A stretch of 64,000 nucleotides of DNA, taken from an uncultured Pirellulales bacterium. GTDB taxonomy: Bacteria; Planctomycetota; Phycisphaerae; Sedimentisphaerales; Anaerohalosphaeraceae. A program made the translations under genes and the position numbers. Where the stretch lies: NCBI GenBank assembly GCA_964635075.1, contig CAZWMN010000009.1:7269-71268 (forward strand), read 5' to 3'. The notes below the pieces were generated by a model that saw only the letters and a program-made list of their open reading frames with translations, ran no database searches and was not told where the DNA came from. The first letter of the stretch is position 1. The number at the start of each line of letters is the position of its first letter. Of this stretch, positions 29,831 through 39,447 are shown piece after piece.

Positions 29831-30470
29831 GTCCCGAAGGGACGGTGAGTTTCATAGCCGGAGGCGTGAGCCTCCGGACTAGGGAACAAAAAAAATATTA
29901 GCCCCGAAGGGGCGAAAGAAAAACGGCGCTTAAAAAATGTCTTACGCGAGTATTTATTATCATATTATCTTTTCGATCAAGGATCGAACCGCCGGTTTGT
30001 CCGAAGAGCAGGTAAAACGAACCTGTGAATATATTGCTGGAATCATACGAAATATGAAAGCTAAACTTTATATTTTGAACGGAACCTCTGATCATTTTCA
30101 TATGCTGGCTTCTCTGCATCCGGAATTGTCTGTTTCTGATTTTCTTCGTACAGTGAAAACCAACTCATCCCGCTGGTTTCGAGATACCTTTCAAAGTAAT
30201 TTTGCGTGGCAGGAAGGCTACTCGGTGTTTTCTGTTTCTTATTCGGGTATCAGACAGGTGACGGAGTATATTAAAAATCAACAGGAACATCATCGCACTC
30301 GTTCTTTTGAGGAAGAATTGAAATTGTTTTTGAAAAAACATCATATTGTGTATGAGGAACAGTATATATAGAAACCATTCTCTTTCGCCCCTTCGGGGCT
30401 TGTGGATTAGGGTGAGTCTTCTACCGGAGGCTTACGCCTCCGGCTATTAAACTTGTTGTCCCTTCGGGAC
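29831..30470 (+). mobile_element. RAYT/REP unit (IS200-like Y1 transposase flanked by mirrored hairpins)
   Basis: A left 47-nt block (gtcccgaagggac...ccggaggcgtgagcctccgg) is the inverted match of the right block (ccggaggcttacgcctccgg...gtcccttcgggac). Inner hairpins gccccgaaggggc and gccccttcggggc also mirror each other. Confidence 0.75.
29937..30371 (+). CDS. IS200/IS605-like Y1 (HUH) transposase, REP-associated (RAYT-like)
   Basis: 144 aa with HUH motif DHFHML and a catalytic-Tyr region WQEGYSVFSV. The size and motif order match COG1943-type proteins. Confidence 0.75.
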   Translation: MSYASIYYHIIFSIKDRTAGLSEEQVKRTCEYIAGIIRNMKAKLYILNGTSDHFHMLASLHPELSVSDFLRTVKTNSSRWFRDTFQSNFAWQEGYSVFSVSYSGIRQVTEYIKNQQEHHRTRSFEEELKLFLKKHHIVYEEQYI

Positions 30471-30513
30471 AAAAATGAATGGAAGAGAAAGTTGCAAGAA
30501 TTTGGGAAATGTT

Positions 30514-31956
30514 ATGAAGCTCGTATTTGAAAAAAGTACAATCGGACGCAGAGGCTTGCGTATCGCTCAAAGCGATGTGCCGGCAGGTGTCCATATCAAG
30601 AAAGACCTGCTGCGGGGCAATCTGCCGCTGCCGGAACTGAGCGAGCTGGACGTCGTGCGGCATTTTACGGAACTGTCCCGCCGGAATTTCAGCGTCGATA
30701 CGGTGTTTTATCCGCTCGGCTCCTGCACGATGAAATACAACCCCAAGGTCTGCGAGCGCATCGCCGCCTATCCGGGTTTTGCCCATCTGCATCCGCTCCT
30801 GCCGCAGCTTCGTTTGGGCGGAATGCTCACACAGGGCGCGTTGCAGGTCTTATATGAGACGGAATTGTGGCTGCGGGAAATTTGCGGGATGGCCGTATTC
30901 ACAATGCAGCCGATGGCAGGCGCACACGGCGAACTGACCGGCATTATGATGATGGCCGCCTATCACCGCGACAAAGGCAATAAAAAGAAGGTCGTCTTGA
31001 TTCCCGACAGCGCCCACGGCACCAATCCCGCCAGCGCGGCAATCGCCGGCTATACCGTCAAGGCTGTGCCCAGCGATAAAGACGGCCTGATGAGCGTCGC
31101 GGCCTTAAAGCAATTTCTTAATGACGAGGTCGCGGGCATTATGCTGACCTGTCCGGATACAGTGGGGCTGTTTAATCCGCACGTCAAAGAAATCTGCGAC
31201 CTGATTCACAGTGTTGACGGCCTGGCCTATTATGACGGTGCCAATCTCAACGCCATTGTCGGCCGTGTCCGTCCGGGTGATATTGGTTTTGATATCGTAC
31301 ATATTAACCTGCACAAGACTTTCGGCACGCCTCACGGCGGCGGCGGTCCCGGCGCCGGCCCGGTTGGCGTCTGCGGCAAGCTGGCGGAGTTTTTGCCGAT
31401 TTCGCTGGTGGTTAAACGGCAGGATGGGACATTCGCGCTGGAATACGACCGGCCCAAATCCATTGGTTATATCGCGCCGTTTTACGGCAACTTCGGCGTC
31501 ATCCTCAAGGCATACGTCTATATGCTGATGCTGGGCAGGGAAGGACTGCTTCGCGTCAGCGAAAATGCCGTGCTCAACGCCAATTATGTCAAAGAAAAAC
31601 TCAAAGATTATTACGATATTCCGTTTTCGCAAGTCTGCAAGCACGAATGTGTCCTCAGTGCTACCCGCCAGGCCGCCAATGGCATTCACGCCCTCGACAT
31701 CGCTAAGGCCCTGATTGATATGGGCATTCATCCGCCGACGATATATTTTCCGATGATTGTCAAGGAAGCGCTGATGATTGAGCCGACCGAGTGCGAAAGC
31801 AAAGAAACGCTCGACGCTTTTATTGAGGCGATGATTGAGATTGCCAAAAAGGCCGAATCCGACCCGGCTTCTATCAAGGCCGCTCCGATTACTACGCCGG
31901 TGGGGCGTCTCGACGAGACTGCCGCCGCACGAAACCTCGACATCGCCAGTGTGTAA
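30514..31956 (+). CDS. gcvPB: glycine dehydrogenase (decarboxylating) subunit 2
   Basis: PLP-lysine region HINLHKTF and conserved GSCTMKYNP. Start taken at MKLVFEKS, because the upstream ATG lies inside the REP hairpin. Confidence 0.95.
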   Translation: MKLVFEKSTIGRRGLRIAQSDVPAGVHIKKDLLRGNLPLPELSELDVVRHFTELSRRNFSVDTVFYPLGSCTMKYNPKVCERIAAYPGFAHLHPLLPQLRLGGMLTQGALQVLYETELWLREICGMAVFTMQPMAGAHGELTGIMMMAAYHRDKGNKKKVVLIPDSAHGTNPASAAIAGYTVKAVPSDKDGLMSVAALKQFLNDEVAGIMLTCPDTVGLFNPHVKEICDLIHSVDGLAYYDGANLNAIVGRVRPGDIGFDIVHINLHKTFGTPHGGGGPGAGPVGVCGKLAEFLPISLVVKRQDGTFALEYDRPKSIGYIAPFYGNFGVILKAYVYMLMLGREGLLRVSENAVLNANYVKEKLKDYYDIPFSQVCKHECVLSATRQAANGIHALDIAKALIDMGIHPPTIYFPMIVKEALMIEPTECESKETLDAFIEAMIEIAKKAESDPASIKAAPITTPVGRLDETAAARNLDIASV

Positions 31957-31957
31957 A

Positions 31958-33043
31958 TCATTTCTTTTCTAGTTTTGTTTTTTCTCGAGGGCTTGCAGCA
32001 GGGCCGGAACCCAGCAGAATCGCGAGCCAGCGGGTGTCGTCGTTGCTTTGCAGGACGATTTTGACCGCCATCGTCAGCGGCACGGACAGCAGCATTCCCA
32101 CCGGCCCCAACACCCAGCCCCAGAAAATCAACGACAAAAACACCACCAGCGTCGAAAGCCCCAGTTTTTGCCCCATCATCCGGGGTTCGAGAAAATTGCC
32201 GAGAATGACGTTAATGATAACGCAGCCGACCGCAACGATAACCGCGGTACGAAAACCCTGCTGCATCAGTGCCAGCAAAATCGGCGGGACAGCCGCCAGA
32301 AAAGCCCCGATACTGGGTACGAAATTCAGTACGAATGTTAAAAGCCCCCACAAAATTGCGTATTGAACGCCGCAGGCCAGAAACAGAGTCGCACATAAAA
32401 CTCCGGTCAGCAGACTGGTAAAGGTCTTAATCCCCATATACTGCTGGACCTGGGCGATGATTTTGTTGAGTTTCTCGATGGAAGCGGTGTTACCCGAAAA
32501 GGCGGTGCGAAGTTTGTTATGAAACAGCGACGCTTCCAGCAGGATAAAAACGGTGGTCAGGAAGATCAAGAAACTGTTGGCCAGAATAGAGGTGGTCTGA
32601 CTCACAAGACCGCCAAGGATTTCCACGGCGGTTCCTGGATTCAGATAGCGCTCTATCGAGAGATTGTCAACCGGAATGTTCCGCTCCTGAAGTTTCGCCT
32701 GGAGACTCTGCATAAGTTGTTGCAGGTGGGTTTCATATTCAGGCAGCGACTGAGCCAGATTGGGCAGCGTCTGGGCCAGAATCGTTACCAGTACCGTACC
32801 GACGGCCAGAATCAGCAGGGTCACAATGGACATCGCTGCAATCGGCGGAATCCCTTTGGTTTGCAGAAAATATAAAACCGGCGCAGCGATAATCGCCAGA
32901 AACAACGCCAGCAAAAACGGCACGAGAATTGCTGCCGAAGCCTTCATTCCCGCCACGATAATTACGAACGCCGCCAGACCCAGCAGAACCCTGAGCCATA
33001 CGGGTAGTATCGTCTGATTTTGTTTATTGTCGGGATGGTTCAT
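31958..33043 (-). CDS. AI-2E family transporter (PerM/UPF0118)
   Basis: Eight or so TM helices and the family motif LNFVPSIGAFLAAVPPILLAL. Confidence 0.85.
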   Translation of the reverse strand: MNHPDNKQNQTILPVWLRVLLGLAAFVIIVAGMKASAAILVPFLLALFLAIIAAPVLYFLQTKGIPPIAAMSIVTLLILAVGTVLVTILAQTLPNLAQSLPEYETHLQQLMQSLQAKLQERNIPVDNLSIERYLNPGTAVEILGGLVSQTTSILANSFLIFLTTVFILLEASLFHNKLRTAFSGNTASIEKLNKIIAQVQQYMGIKTFTSLLTGVLCATLFLACGVQYAILWGLLTFVLNFVPSIGAFLAAVPPILLALMQQGFRTAVIVAVGCVIINVILGNFLEPRMMGQKLGLSTLVVFLSLIFWGWVLGPVGMLLSVPLTMAVKIVLQSNDDTRWLAILLGSGPAASPREKTKLEKK

Positions 33044-33057
33044 ATTACCATAGGCCT

Positions 33058-34299
33058 TTATTGGGGTTCGACTGTGATTTTGGCTTGTTGGTCAATCGAA
33101 ATCGTCCGCAGCGACATATCCGGCATCCGCAGTTGTACACCGGCACGAAACGAATCCGGGCCGGTCTGAATCTGAATCGGCTTGGTAGCGAACATCGGCG
33201 GCGTTTTGTCCAGACCCAGCAAATCCGGCGAGTCGGCATAACCGCCGAAATTCAGGTAATACCATTTCTCGGCGTACAGCACGCGGTGCAGGGCGTACCT
33301 GGCCCATTCGGTCGGGTCGGGCTGGAAGTCCGCCGGCGAACCGGCAGGCTGCGCATAAAACTGGATATAACCCCACGTCTCCGGGCGGTGCATATTGATG
33401 ACGCCCTGCGGCGTCCAGCAGCAGCGGATGAGTTTTTCCGTCGCCGCCAGCTCTTCGGGTTTATAATTTCCCCGATCCGTGGACAGAACCAGTTGGCTTC
33501 GCCATTCCACCCGTGCAAAGTTGACCCGCCAGATATCGCCGTTAGCGGGGGTTTTGGACACGCCGCCAAGCAAGGCCGGCATCGCCAGGGGGATGGCCAT
33601 TTCCACCTGCCAGTATTTATCTGTGTCATTGGAATCGTTGAGGGTTCCCTCGAAGAAGACGGCGTGTTTGAGTCCCTGAATCGGCCAGGCCCTGGCCGCA
33701 CCGCCGTCTTTAGGGGGTCTGTCATAGACCAGGCTTTGCAATGCGTTGCAGGCGTTGATTTTCAGCAGGCTATATTGCTGATTGTCCGCGTTGGCGTCGA
33801 TGTACATTTCCAAATCAAAGTCGATAGACTCCGGGTTGTCGCGTTTCATTTCTTTGGCCCGGATGTTGTATTCACTCAAATACGCCGCGACGTAGAGATA
33901 TTCGTCGTCCCAGAGCATCTTGAATTTGGTTGGTGGCGCTGGCTGCGAGGCGCCGTAAGGGGCGCGAATGTCGGTAAAAACTTCGCTCCATAGAGTTTTC
34001 TGCCAATCCGCCTCGTTGAAGTGTCCGTCGATGACAATCGGCCCCTCGGCTTTTAAACAAAGATAATGCCGCGGCGGGGTGAACGGTCTGGGGTCCGGGC
34101 CGTCCTGCGGTTCAAGACTGGCAACGGTTTGCTCCTGCTGTCGAGAGACAGGTCGAAGAGCGGTCTGTTTAGAAGCGGCAACCCATCCGAACCCCGGCGG
34201 GGGGGAAACTTTCTTTAACACCGGTTCTGACGCCCCAACGGACAAACCCAGGTAAAGTCCGAGAAAAACGCCCCACGAAAGAATCTGCAGAGATTTCAT
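33058..34299 (-). CDS. secreted carbohydrate-binding family 9 (CBM9-like) protein
   Basis: Signal peptide, plus EADWQKTLWSEVFTDI...KFKMLWDDEYLYVAAYL, characteristic of CBM9/DOMON-like modules. Confidence 0.65.
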   Translation of the reverse strand: MKSLQILSWGVFLGLYLGLSVGASEPVLKKVSPPPGFGWVAASKQTALRPVSRQQEQTVASLEPQDGPDPRPFTPPRHYLCLKAEGPIVIDGHFNEADWQKTLWSEVFTDIRAPYGASQPAPPTKFKMLWDDEYLYVAAYLSEYNIRAKEMKRDNPESIDFDLEMYIDANADNQQYSLLKINACNALQSLVYDRPPKDGGAARAWPIQGLKHAVFFEGTLNDSNDTDKYWQVEMAIPLAMPALLGGVSKTPANGDIWRVNFARVEWRSQLVLSTDRGNYKPEELAATEKLIRCCWTPQGVINMHRPETWGYIQFYAQPAGSPADFQPDPTEWARYALHRVLYAEKWYYLNFGGYADSPDLLGLDKTPPMFATKPIQIQTGPDSFRAGVQLRMPDMSLRTISIDQQAKITVEPQ

Positions 34300-34423
34300 A
34301 AGTTTCTTCCTGAATCAGACAAAATCCATTACGACACAGCATACCTTCGCCGGCGACTTTGTCAAGAAAGTGAAACGGGGCGTCGAGATATTCATGAAAT
34401 TTCCGGGAAGGACAAGAAGGCGC

Positions 34424-34468
34424 GCAAAAAAATACCGGGCCTGAGACGTTACGAACGTCTCAGGCCCG
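34424..34468 (-). terminator. strong intrinsic terminator (minus strand)
   Basis: On the minus strand: ccgggcctgagacgt-tcgta-acgtctcaggcccgg followed by tattttttt. There is no T-run on the plus strand. Confidence 0.65.
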
Positions 34469-34469
34469 G

Positions 34470-34682
34470 CTGGAGGAGGAGGAAAGAGTTTATCGATTCG
34501 CGGATGGTCGTCCGCGGTTCTTTTTATAGTCGGGCCGATTGTCCGTAAGGACGTATTGACCCGACTGGAGGAGGAGGAAAGAGTTTATCGATTCGCGGAT
34601 GGTCGTCCGCGTTTCTTTTTATGTCGGGCCGATTGTCCGTAAGGACGCATTGACCCGACTGGAGGAGGAGGAAAGAGTTTTA
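34470..34682. repeat. tandem repeat, 95/94-bp unit, about 2.25 copies
   Basis: Units start at about 34470, 34565 and 34659 (ctggaggaggaggaaagagttt...). Each unit carries the hairpins cgcgga-N6-tccgcg and gtcggg...cccgac. Confidence 0.9.
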
Positions 34683-34779
34683 TGCGGTCCTATCCTCAAA
34701 GACCGTTCTTTTCATCACCCAGACTCACCACCCAGCTCTCATCACCCTGGAGCTTTCATCACCCAAGTTTGAGCTTTCC

Positions 34780-35190
34780 TCAGATTTCCTTGACAGCGTA
34801 CAGTTCAGTAATTGACTCGACCTTTTCCAGTCCCAGCACTGCACAGACCACCTGACGGAAATGGTCGTCCGAGCAGTCTTCGGTAATCACGGCCGAGACC
34901 CCAAGGCTTCGCGCCTCGATTTCCTGAGTCGGGTTATTCGACTCGATGACCGCAATGGTCGGCATATCCGGACGAATCCCTCGCAGATTCCGCAGGAAAG
35001 CGCCCGGCTGCAGATCGACCAGATGCCAATGACTGATAACGCTGTCGAATGATTCAGTTTTGAAAGAGCGTGCTGCTTCGCTTCCGTGTTGCAGATTAAT
35101 CAGGCGTATCGGTAATTCCTTTAATACCTCTGCTTTTTCTTTTAGACCTACTGTCAGAACATTTGCCTTTGCAATTACGTACATGCCCAT
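34780..35190 (-). CDS. receiver-like single-domain protein lacking the phospho-acceptor Asp
   Basis: CheY-like alternation of strands and helices. Where receivers carry D (DLVI.D), this protein reads SVISHWHL. Confidence 0.45.
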   Translation of the reverse strand: MGMYVIAKANVLTVGLKEKAEVLKELPIRLINLQHGSEAARSFKTESFDSVISHWHLVDLQPGAFLRNLRGIRPDMPTIAVIESNNPTQEIEARSLGVSAVITEDCSDDHFRQVVCAVLGLEKVESITELYAVKEI

Positions 35191-35234
35191 ATCAGCCTTT
35201 TGTTGTTTCTCCTCATCGTATTGCTATAACTATT

Positions 35235-35251
35235 AACAACCGCCGTGCCAG
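35235..35251 (-). promoter_or_regulatory. sigma-54-type promoter candidate (-24/-12)
   Basis: The minus strand reads CTGGCACGGCGGTTGTT against consensus YTGGCACG-N4-TTGCW. The GG spacing is correct and the -12 element is GT instead of GC. It lies about 45 nt upstream of the receiver-like ORF and next to a sigma-54 activator gene. Confidence 0.45.
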
Positions 35252-35565
35252 CATCGGGGGAAAATCTTGAAAAAATTGCAACTTACGAATTTTGCTGAAG
35301 TTATGAACGAAAGAAGAAATCCGTCAAACCGTCCCGGGGAAAGCAACGAATGAGCCATTTTGGACCGGGAAGACGAAATGAAATGGCGATAAGCAGCGCA
35401 AAGTGACACAGTTATCATTGCAGTGTACCATTTTGACAAGAGGGGCCAAAATGGTACGTTGCAAAGTTAAAAGGCAAAAAGCAAAAATAAGAGACTTGAA
35501 TCGACAAACCGAAAACGGATGCCAAAACATTGCGGAACGAGGCCGTCCTTCCAAAAAGATTCACT

Positions 35566-36633
35566 CTAATCTTTGCGGATTTGGGCGATTTCGATATGGA
35601 GTTTATCGATGAGCCGGTTGAGCCGACGACGGTCAATGCCGAGGATTTTGGCCGCGGTGTTTTTCTGCCCTTTGGTACGGCGAAGCGCTTCGGTGACCAG
35701 CCGTTCCTTGGCGGCCTCGAGAGTCAGCAGCGCACTTTGTCCGGCGGCGGTGCGTTTCTCAATCAGAATTTCAGGCGGAAGCGCCTCGGTCTGAATTACA
35801 GCACCTTCTGTTAATACGCAGGCCCGCTCTATCGCATTGGCCAACTGACGGGCGTTGCCGGGCCAGGGATATTCGAGGAGAATTTTCTCCACCTGCGGCG
35901 ATAAGGTCTTGAGCGGCTCATCGTAAAACCGGCTGAGATTTTCGAGAAAATGTTCCGCCATCGGCAGGATGTCTTCGGGTCTTTGCCGCAGCGGCGGTAC
36001 ATGCAGGGTAACGACATTGAGCCGATAGTACAAATCCGCCCGAAAATCCTGCTCAGCCACCATTTGACGCAGGTCGCGGTTGGTTGCACAGATCACCCGC
36101 ACGTTGATCGGATGCGAATGTGTGGAGCCCAGCGGCGCGACGATTCCATGCTGCAGAACGCGAAGCAGTTTAGCCTGAAGCTCAAGGGGGATTTCGCTGA
36201 TTTCGTCGAGAAAAATAGTCCCGCCGTCTGCAGCCCTGAAAAATCCTATCGTGTTATCCACCGCGCCGGTAAAAGCGCCTTTGACATGACCGAACAACTG
36301 GCTTTCGAATAACGAACCGGTCAAAGTGGTACAATCCACCGGAATGAAAACTTTATTTTTGCGGTCGCTGGAGAGATGAATTTTGCGAGCCAGCATCTCT
36401 TTGCCCGTACCGGTCTCACCGACCAGCGTAATGCAACACTGGCGGGAAGCGATCGAACGAATGGTATCCAGCAATGATACGAACGATTCAGAACATCCGA
36501 TAATGGTATCTTCCAGATTGCCCTGAGAATGCTGAGCCGCGCCAAGGGGCGCACCCCATCCCCTTTCGCTTTGCACCGGTCCTTCTCTGCGCGCAGTCCT
36601 TTGCGGATAATTTTCTGCATTGGCACCGGACAT
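35566..36633 (-). CDS. sigma-54-dependent transcriptional activator (AAA+ plus Fis HTH, no receiver domain)
   Basis: Walker A GETGTGKE, GAFTGA (HVKGAFTGA) and a C-terminal HTH AAKILGIDRRRLNRLIDK. The start is uncertain; the track ORF runs to 36681. Confidence 0.85.
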   Translation of the reverse strand: MSGANAENYPQRTARREGPVQSERGWGAPLGAAQHSQGNLEDTIIGCSESFVSLLDTIRSIASRQCCITLVGETGTGKEMLARKIHLSSDRKNKVFIPVDCTTLTGSLFESQLFGHVKGAFTGAVDNTIGFFRAADGGTIFLDEISEIPLELQAKLLRVLQHGIVAPLGSTHSHPINVRVICATNRDLRQMVAEQDFRADLYYRLNVVTLHVPPLRQRPEDILPMAEHFLENLSRFYDEPLKTLSPQVEKILLEYPWPGNARQLANAIERACVLTEGAVIQTEALPPEILIEKRTAAGQSALLTLEAAKERLVTEALRRTKGQKNTAAKILGIDRRRLNRLIDKLHIEIAQIRKD

Positions 36634-37017
36634 AATCAGTCCCGTCCCCCCGTTTCTTTGCGTCTTCCTACACGGACGCAAAAAACACTCGAATTTTATT
36701 ATCCCAATGATACCTTTATTGGCTCAATGGCGGGAAAACCGGATATGACCCCCGAGTTTTCCTCATACCTCCAAGTACAAACCACTATACCAAAAGAGGT
36801 TGGGAAATCAAGAAAAAACAGGAAAAGTTTTAGACAACTTTTTATATACAGGAACCTATCTATTTTCCAATCAAGGACTTATAATGATTGTGCACGATTT
36901 TTTGCAGGATTTTTTTTATCCTGGCGGGTCAAAAACATTGACACCATAAAAGATTATGAGTACCGTGTTTGCATTATTCGTGAATACAAAAACCTCAGGG
37001 AAGGATTTGACTGCCGT

Positions 37018-39048
37018 ATGAAAATATCGCTCAACTGGCTGCGGGATTATGTGGATACGTCGGGTTATACGGCCCAACAAATTGCCGAGACCCTCAGCGA
37101 CCGTGGGTTGCCCATCGAATCCGTCAAGCCGTTTGAGGACGATGTAGTCATCGATGTGGAAATCACCAGCAACCGCGGCGATTGTCTGGGGCATATTGGT
37201 ATCGCCAGAGAATTAGCCGCGGCCTTGGGCAGACCGCTGATCCTGCCGCGGGTTGAGAATCTGTCCGAATCCGACCGCGACGTCAGTCAGCTCGTGGATG
37301 TCAAAATTGAAGAGCCGACGCTGTGTGGACGATACGCTGCGCGCGTGATTGAGGGTGTCAAGGTCGGCTCATCGCCCGGATGGGTTTGCAGACGTCTGGA
37401 AGCGGTGGGACTTCGCAGCGTCAATAATGCGGTGGACGCGACCAATTACGCAATGATGGAACACGGCCAGCCGCCGCACGCCTTTGATTATGACACCATT
37501 CAGGGCAAAAAAATTATCGTTCGCAAAGCCCGCGATGGCGAACAGATTATCAGTATCGACGGTACAACGTGCGCGTTAAGCGATTCGATGCTGGTTATTG
37601 CCGACGCCACACATCCCGTCGCTCTGGCCGGTGTGATGGGGGGGCTGGAAACGGAGGTTTCCGACAACACAGCAACCATTCTTTTGGAAGAGGCGCATTT
37701 TAATCCGGTCTGCATTCGGCGAACCTCTCGACGACTTGGGCTGCCGTCAGAGGCGTCATACCGGTTTGAGCGGCAGGTGGACGCCGAACAGATTGACTGG
37801 GCTTCCCGCCGCTGCGCCCAATTGATTATTCAGTTTGCCGGCGGGAAAGCGGCGAAGGGTGCGGTCGATGTCTATCCGGGAAAGGTTGAAGAAATCACCG
37901 CCGGGATGCGCTTTTCCAGACTCAATGCTCTGCTGGGAATTGAAGTTCCCAAAGAGAAAGTTCTGACGATTTTCAAATCGCTGGGTTTTGAGCCGGCATT
38001 GAAAAACGATGATTTGGTTGTCTGTACTGTACCGAGCTGGAGGCACGATATTTACCGCGAGGCGGATTTAATTGAAGAAGCGGCCCGATGCTGGGGATAC
38101 GACAAGATTGGCGTGGGACGAAAAATTTCAATCGAGGTTGCGCCGAAAGATAAGCGACAAACGCTGGCTAATCGGATTCGTTCTGTGCTGAATGGATATG
38201 GTTTCTTTGAAACGGTTTCGGTTTCGTTTGTGGAGCCGGAAATGGCGGCAGTTTTTGGCAGCGTCGGGCCGGAGCGGCATTTGGCGGTGCAGGATGTCAA
38301 TCAAAAATCCACGCGTATCCTGCGTTCGAATTTAGTCGGCTCGCTGGTTGGCGTTCTGCGTTCCAATTACCGTGCCGGCAATATGCCGTGCCGCGTGTAT
38401 GAACTGGCCGATACCTATCTGCCGGCGCAACGGGCCGAGCAGAAACTTCCTGTGGAGCGGACCTGCCTGGGACTGGCTACTGACGGCGATTTTCGTGAAT
38501 TGCGGGCCGCGATGGAAGGAGTGGCTGAAGCAGTCAATCCGGCGGTGACGTTGGAGTTTAAGCCCGCGTCGGTATCGTGGGCTCAGGCCGGGGCGGATAT
38601 TTATATGAATGGCATGCGCATCGGGAACGCCGGTGTGATGAAGACGGACTTGGCAAAACGTTTTGATCTGGACAGGGCTCAGCAAATCTGTGCGGGGCAA
38701 CTGGATTTTGACCTGCTCTTTGAACACCTCGGCGAGACCTTAACCGTAAAACCAATCCCCCAATTCCCGGCGATTCGCAGGGATTTATCGTTGATTCTGG
38801 AAGAAAAAATTCAATGGGCGCAGATTGCCGAAGTAATTAATGCAGCTTCTCCACAGGAGCTTGAGCAAGCCGAATTCGTCGCGCTATATCGCGGCAAGCC
38901 CATCCCCGCCGGTCAAAAAAGCGTGACGGTTTCATTGTGTTTTCGCGATGACGACGGCACACTGCGGCACGACCAGGTGGATGAATTTGAGAAAACCATT
39001 TTCACGTCGCTGCAGGAAAAACTCAGCGCGCAAATCCGCACGGTTTGA
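37018..39048 (+). CDS. pheT: phenylalanine--tRNA ligase beta subunit
   Basis: Canonical N-terminus MKISLNWLRDYVD, B3/4 and B5 regions and a C-terminal FDX-ACB-like domain. The track ORF starts at 36529, but the upstream part has no PheT similarity. No pheS is adjacent. Confidence 0.9.
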   Translation: MKISLNWLRDYVDTSGYTAQQIAETLSDRGLPIESVKPFEDDVVIDVEITSNRGDCLGHIGIARELAAALGRPLILPRVENLSESDRDVSQLVDVKIEEPTLCGRYAARVIEGVKVGSSPGWVCRRLEAVGLRSVNNAVDATNYAMMEHGQPPHAFDYDTIQGKKIIVRKARDGEQIISIDGTTCALSDSMLVIADATHPVALAGVMGGLETEVSDNTATILLEEAHFNPVCIRRTSRRLGLPSEASYRFERQVDAEQIDWASRRCAQLIIQFAGGKAAKGAVDVYPGKVEEITAGMRFSRLNALLGIEVPKEKVLTIFKSLGFEPALKNDDLVVCTVPSWRHDIYREADLIEEAARCWGYDKIGVGRKISIEVAPKDKRQTLANRIRSVLNGYGFFETVSVSFVEPEMAAVFGSVGPERHLAVQDVNQKSTRILRSNLVGSLVGVLRSNYRAGNMPCRVYELADTYLPAQRAEQKLPVERTCLGLATDGDFRELRAAMEGVAEAVNPAVTLEFKPASVSWAQAGADIYMNGMRIGNAGVMKTDLAKRFDLDRAQQICAGQLDFDLLFEHLGETLTVKPIPQFPAIRRDLSLILEEKIQWAQIAEVINAASPQELEQAEFVALYRGKPIPAGQKSVTVSLCFRDDDGTLRHDQVDEFEKTIFTSLQEKLSAQIRTV

Positions 39049-39214
39049 CTATAAATAGCTCTGCCGTAAACGATTGCTTTTGCAACGGTTTAAAAAGAAC
39101 ACCTCGTGAGATATTCTTTTTATCGGTATCTGCGGCAATATAAGGTCCGGCAATGGGGGTGATTTATTCAATAAAAACTTGCGTCGGAGACGATAATTTG
39201 ATATAGTACAATTG

Positions 39215-39447
39215 CGGGTTAGCCCCTGGGATGTGCGTGTAAGAGTCCAATTTGAAAGAACCGATGAAATCACCCCGGGAAGCCAGGTCGTTGGAACCAG
39301 ACAAGCCTGCTTGACAGGATTTTTGGAAAAACGCAACGGCTGCCCACCTCAAATTAAGGGGTTACTTTCAATACGGCTCAAACGGCATCATCGGAGGTCA
39401 GCCTACAAAATGAGAGGCTCGTCGAGTACGAGCCTTTTTTGTTTTTT
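39215..39447 (+). ncRNA. candidate structured RNA or leader ending in an intrinsic terminator (class unknown)
   Basis: A 550-bp gap between pheT and the next gene has no credible ORF. A long-range complement exists (uagcccc with gggguua), with a terminator at the 3' end. Confidence 0.25.
39415..39447 (+). terminator. intrinsic terminator
   Basis: aggctcgt-cgagt-acgagcct followed by tttttt g tttttt. Confidence 0.65.

Noticed and set aside
33061-33993. 310-aa ORF antisense to the CBM9-like gene
   Set aside because: It is Arg-rich and motif-free, and it fully overlaps a better-supported secreted protein on the minus strand.
34470-34682. Considered the tandem repeats here and at 60846-60920 as CRISPR arrays
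   Set aside because: The units abut each other without unique spacers, their lengths (95 bp and 15 bp) are wrong for CRISPR, and no cas genes are present.
36529-37017. N-terminal 163 codons of the 839-aa track ORF upstream of pheT
   Set aside because: This part overlaps the divergent sigma-54 activator gene and an AT-rich spacer, and has no PheT similarity. The canonical MKISLNWLRDYV start is at 37018.
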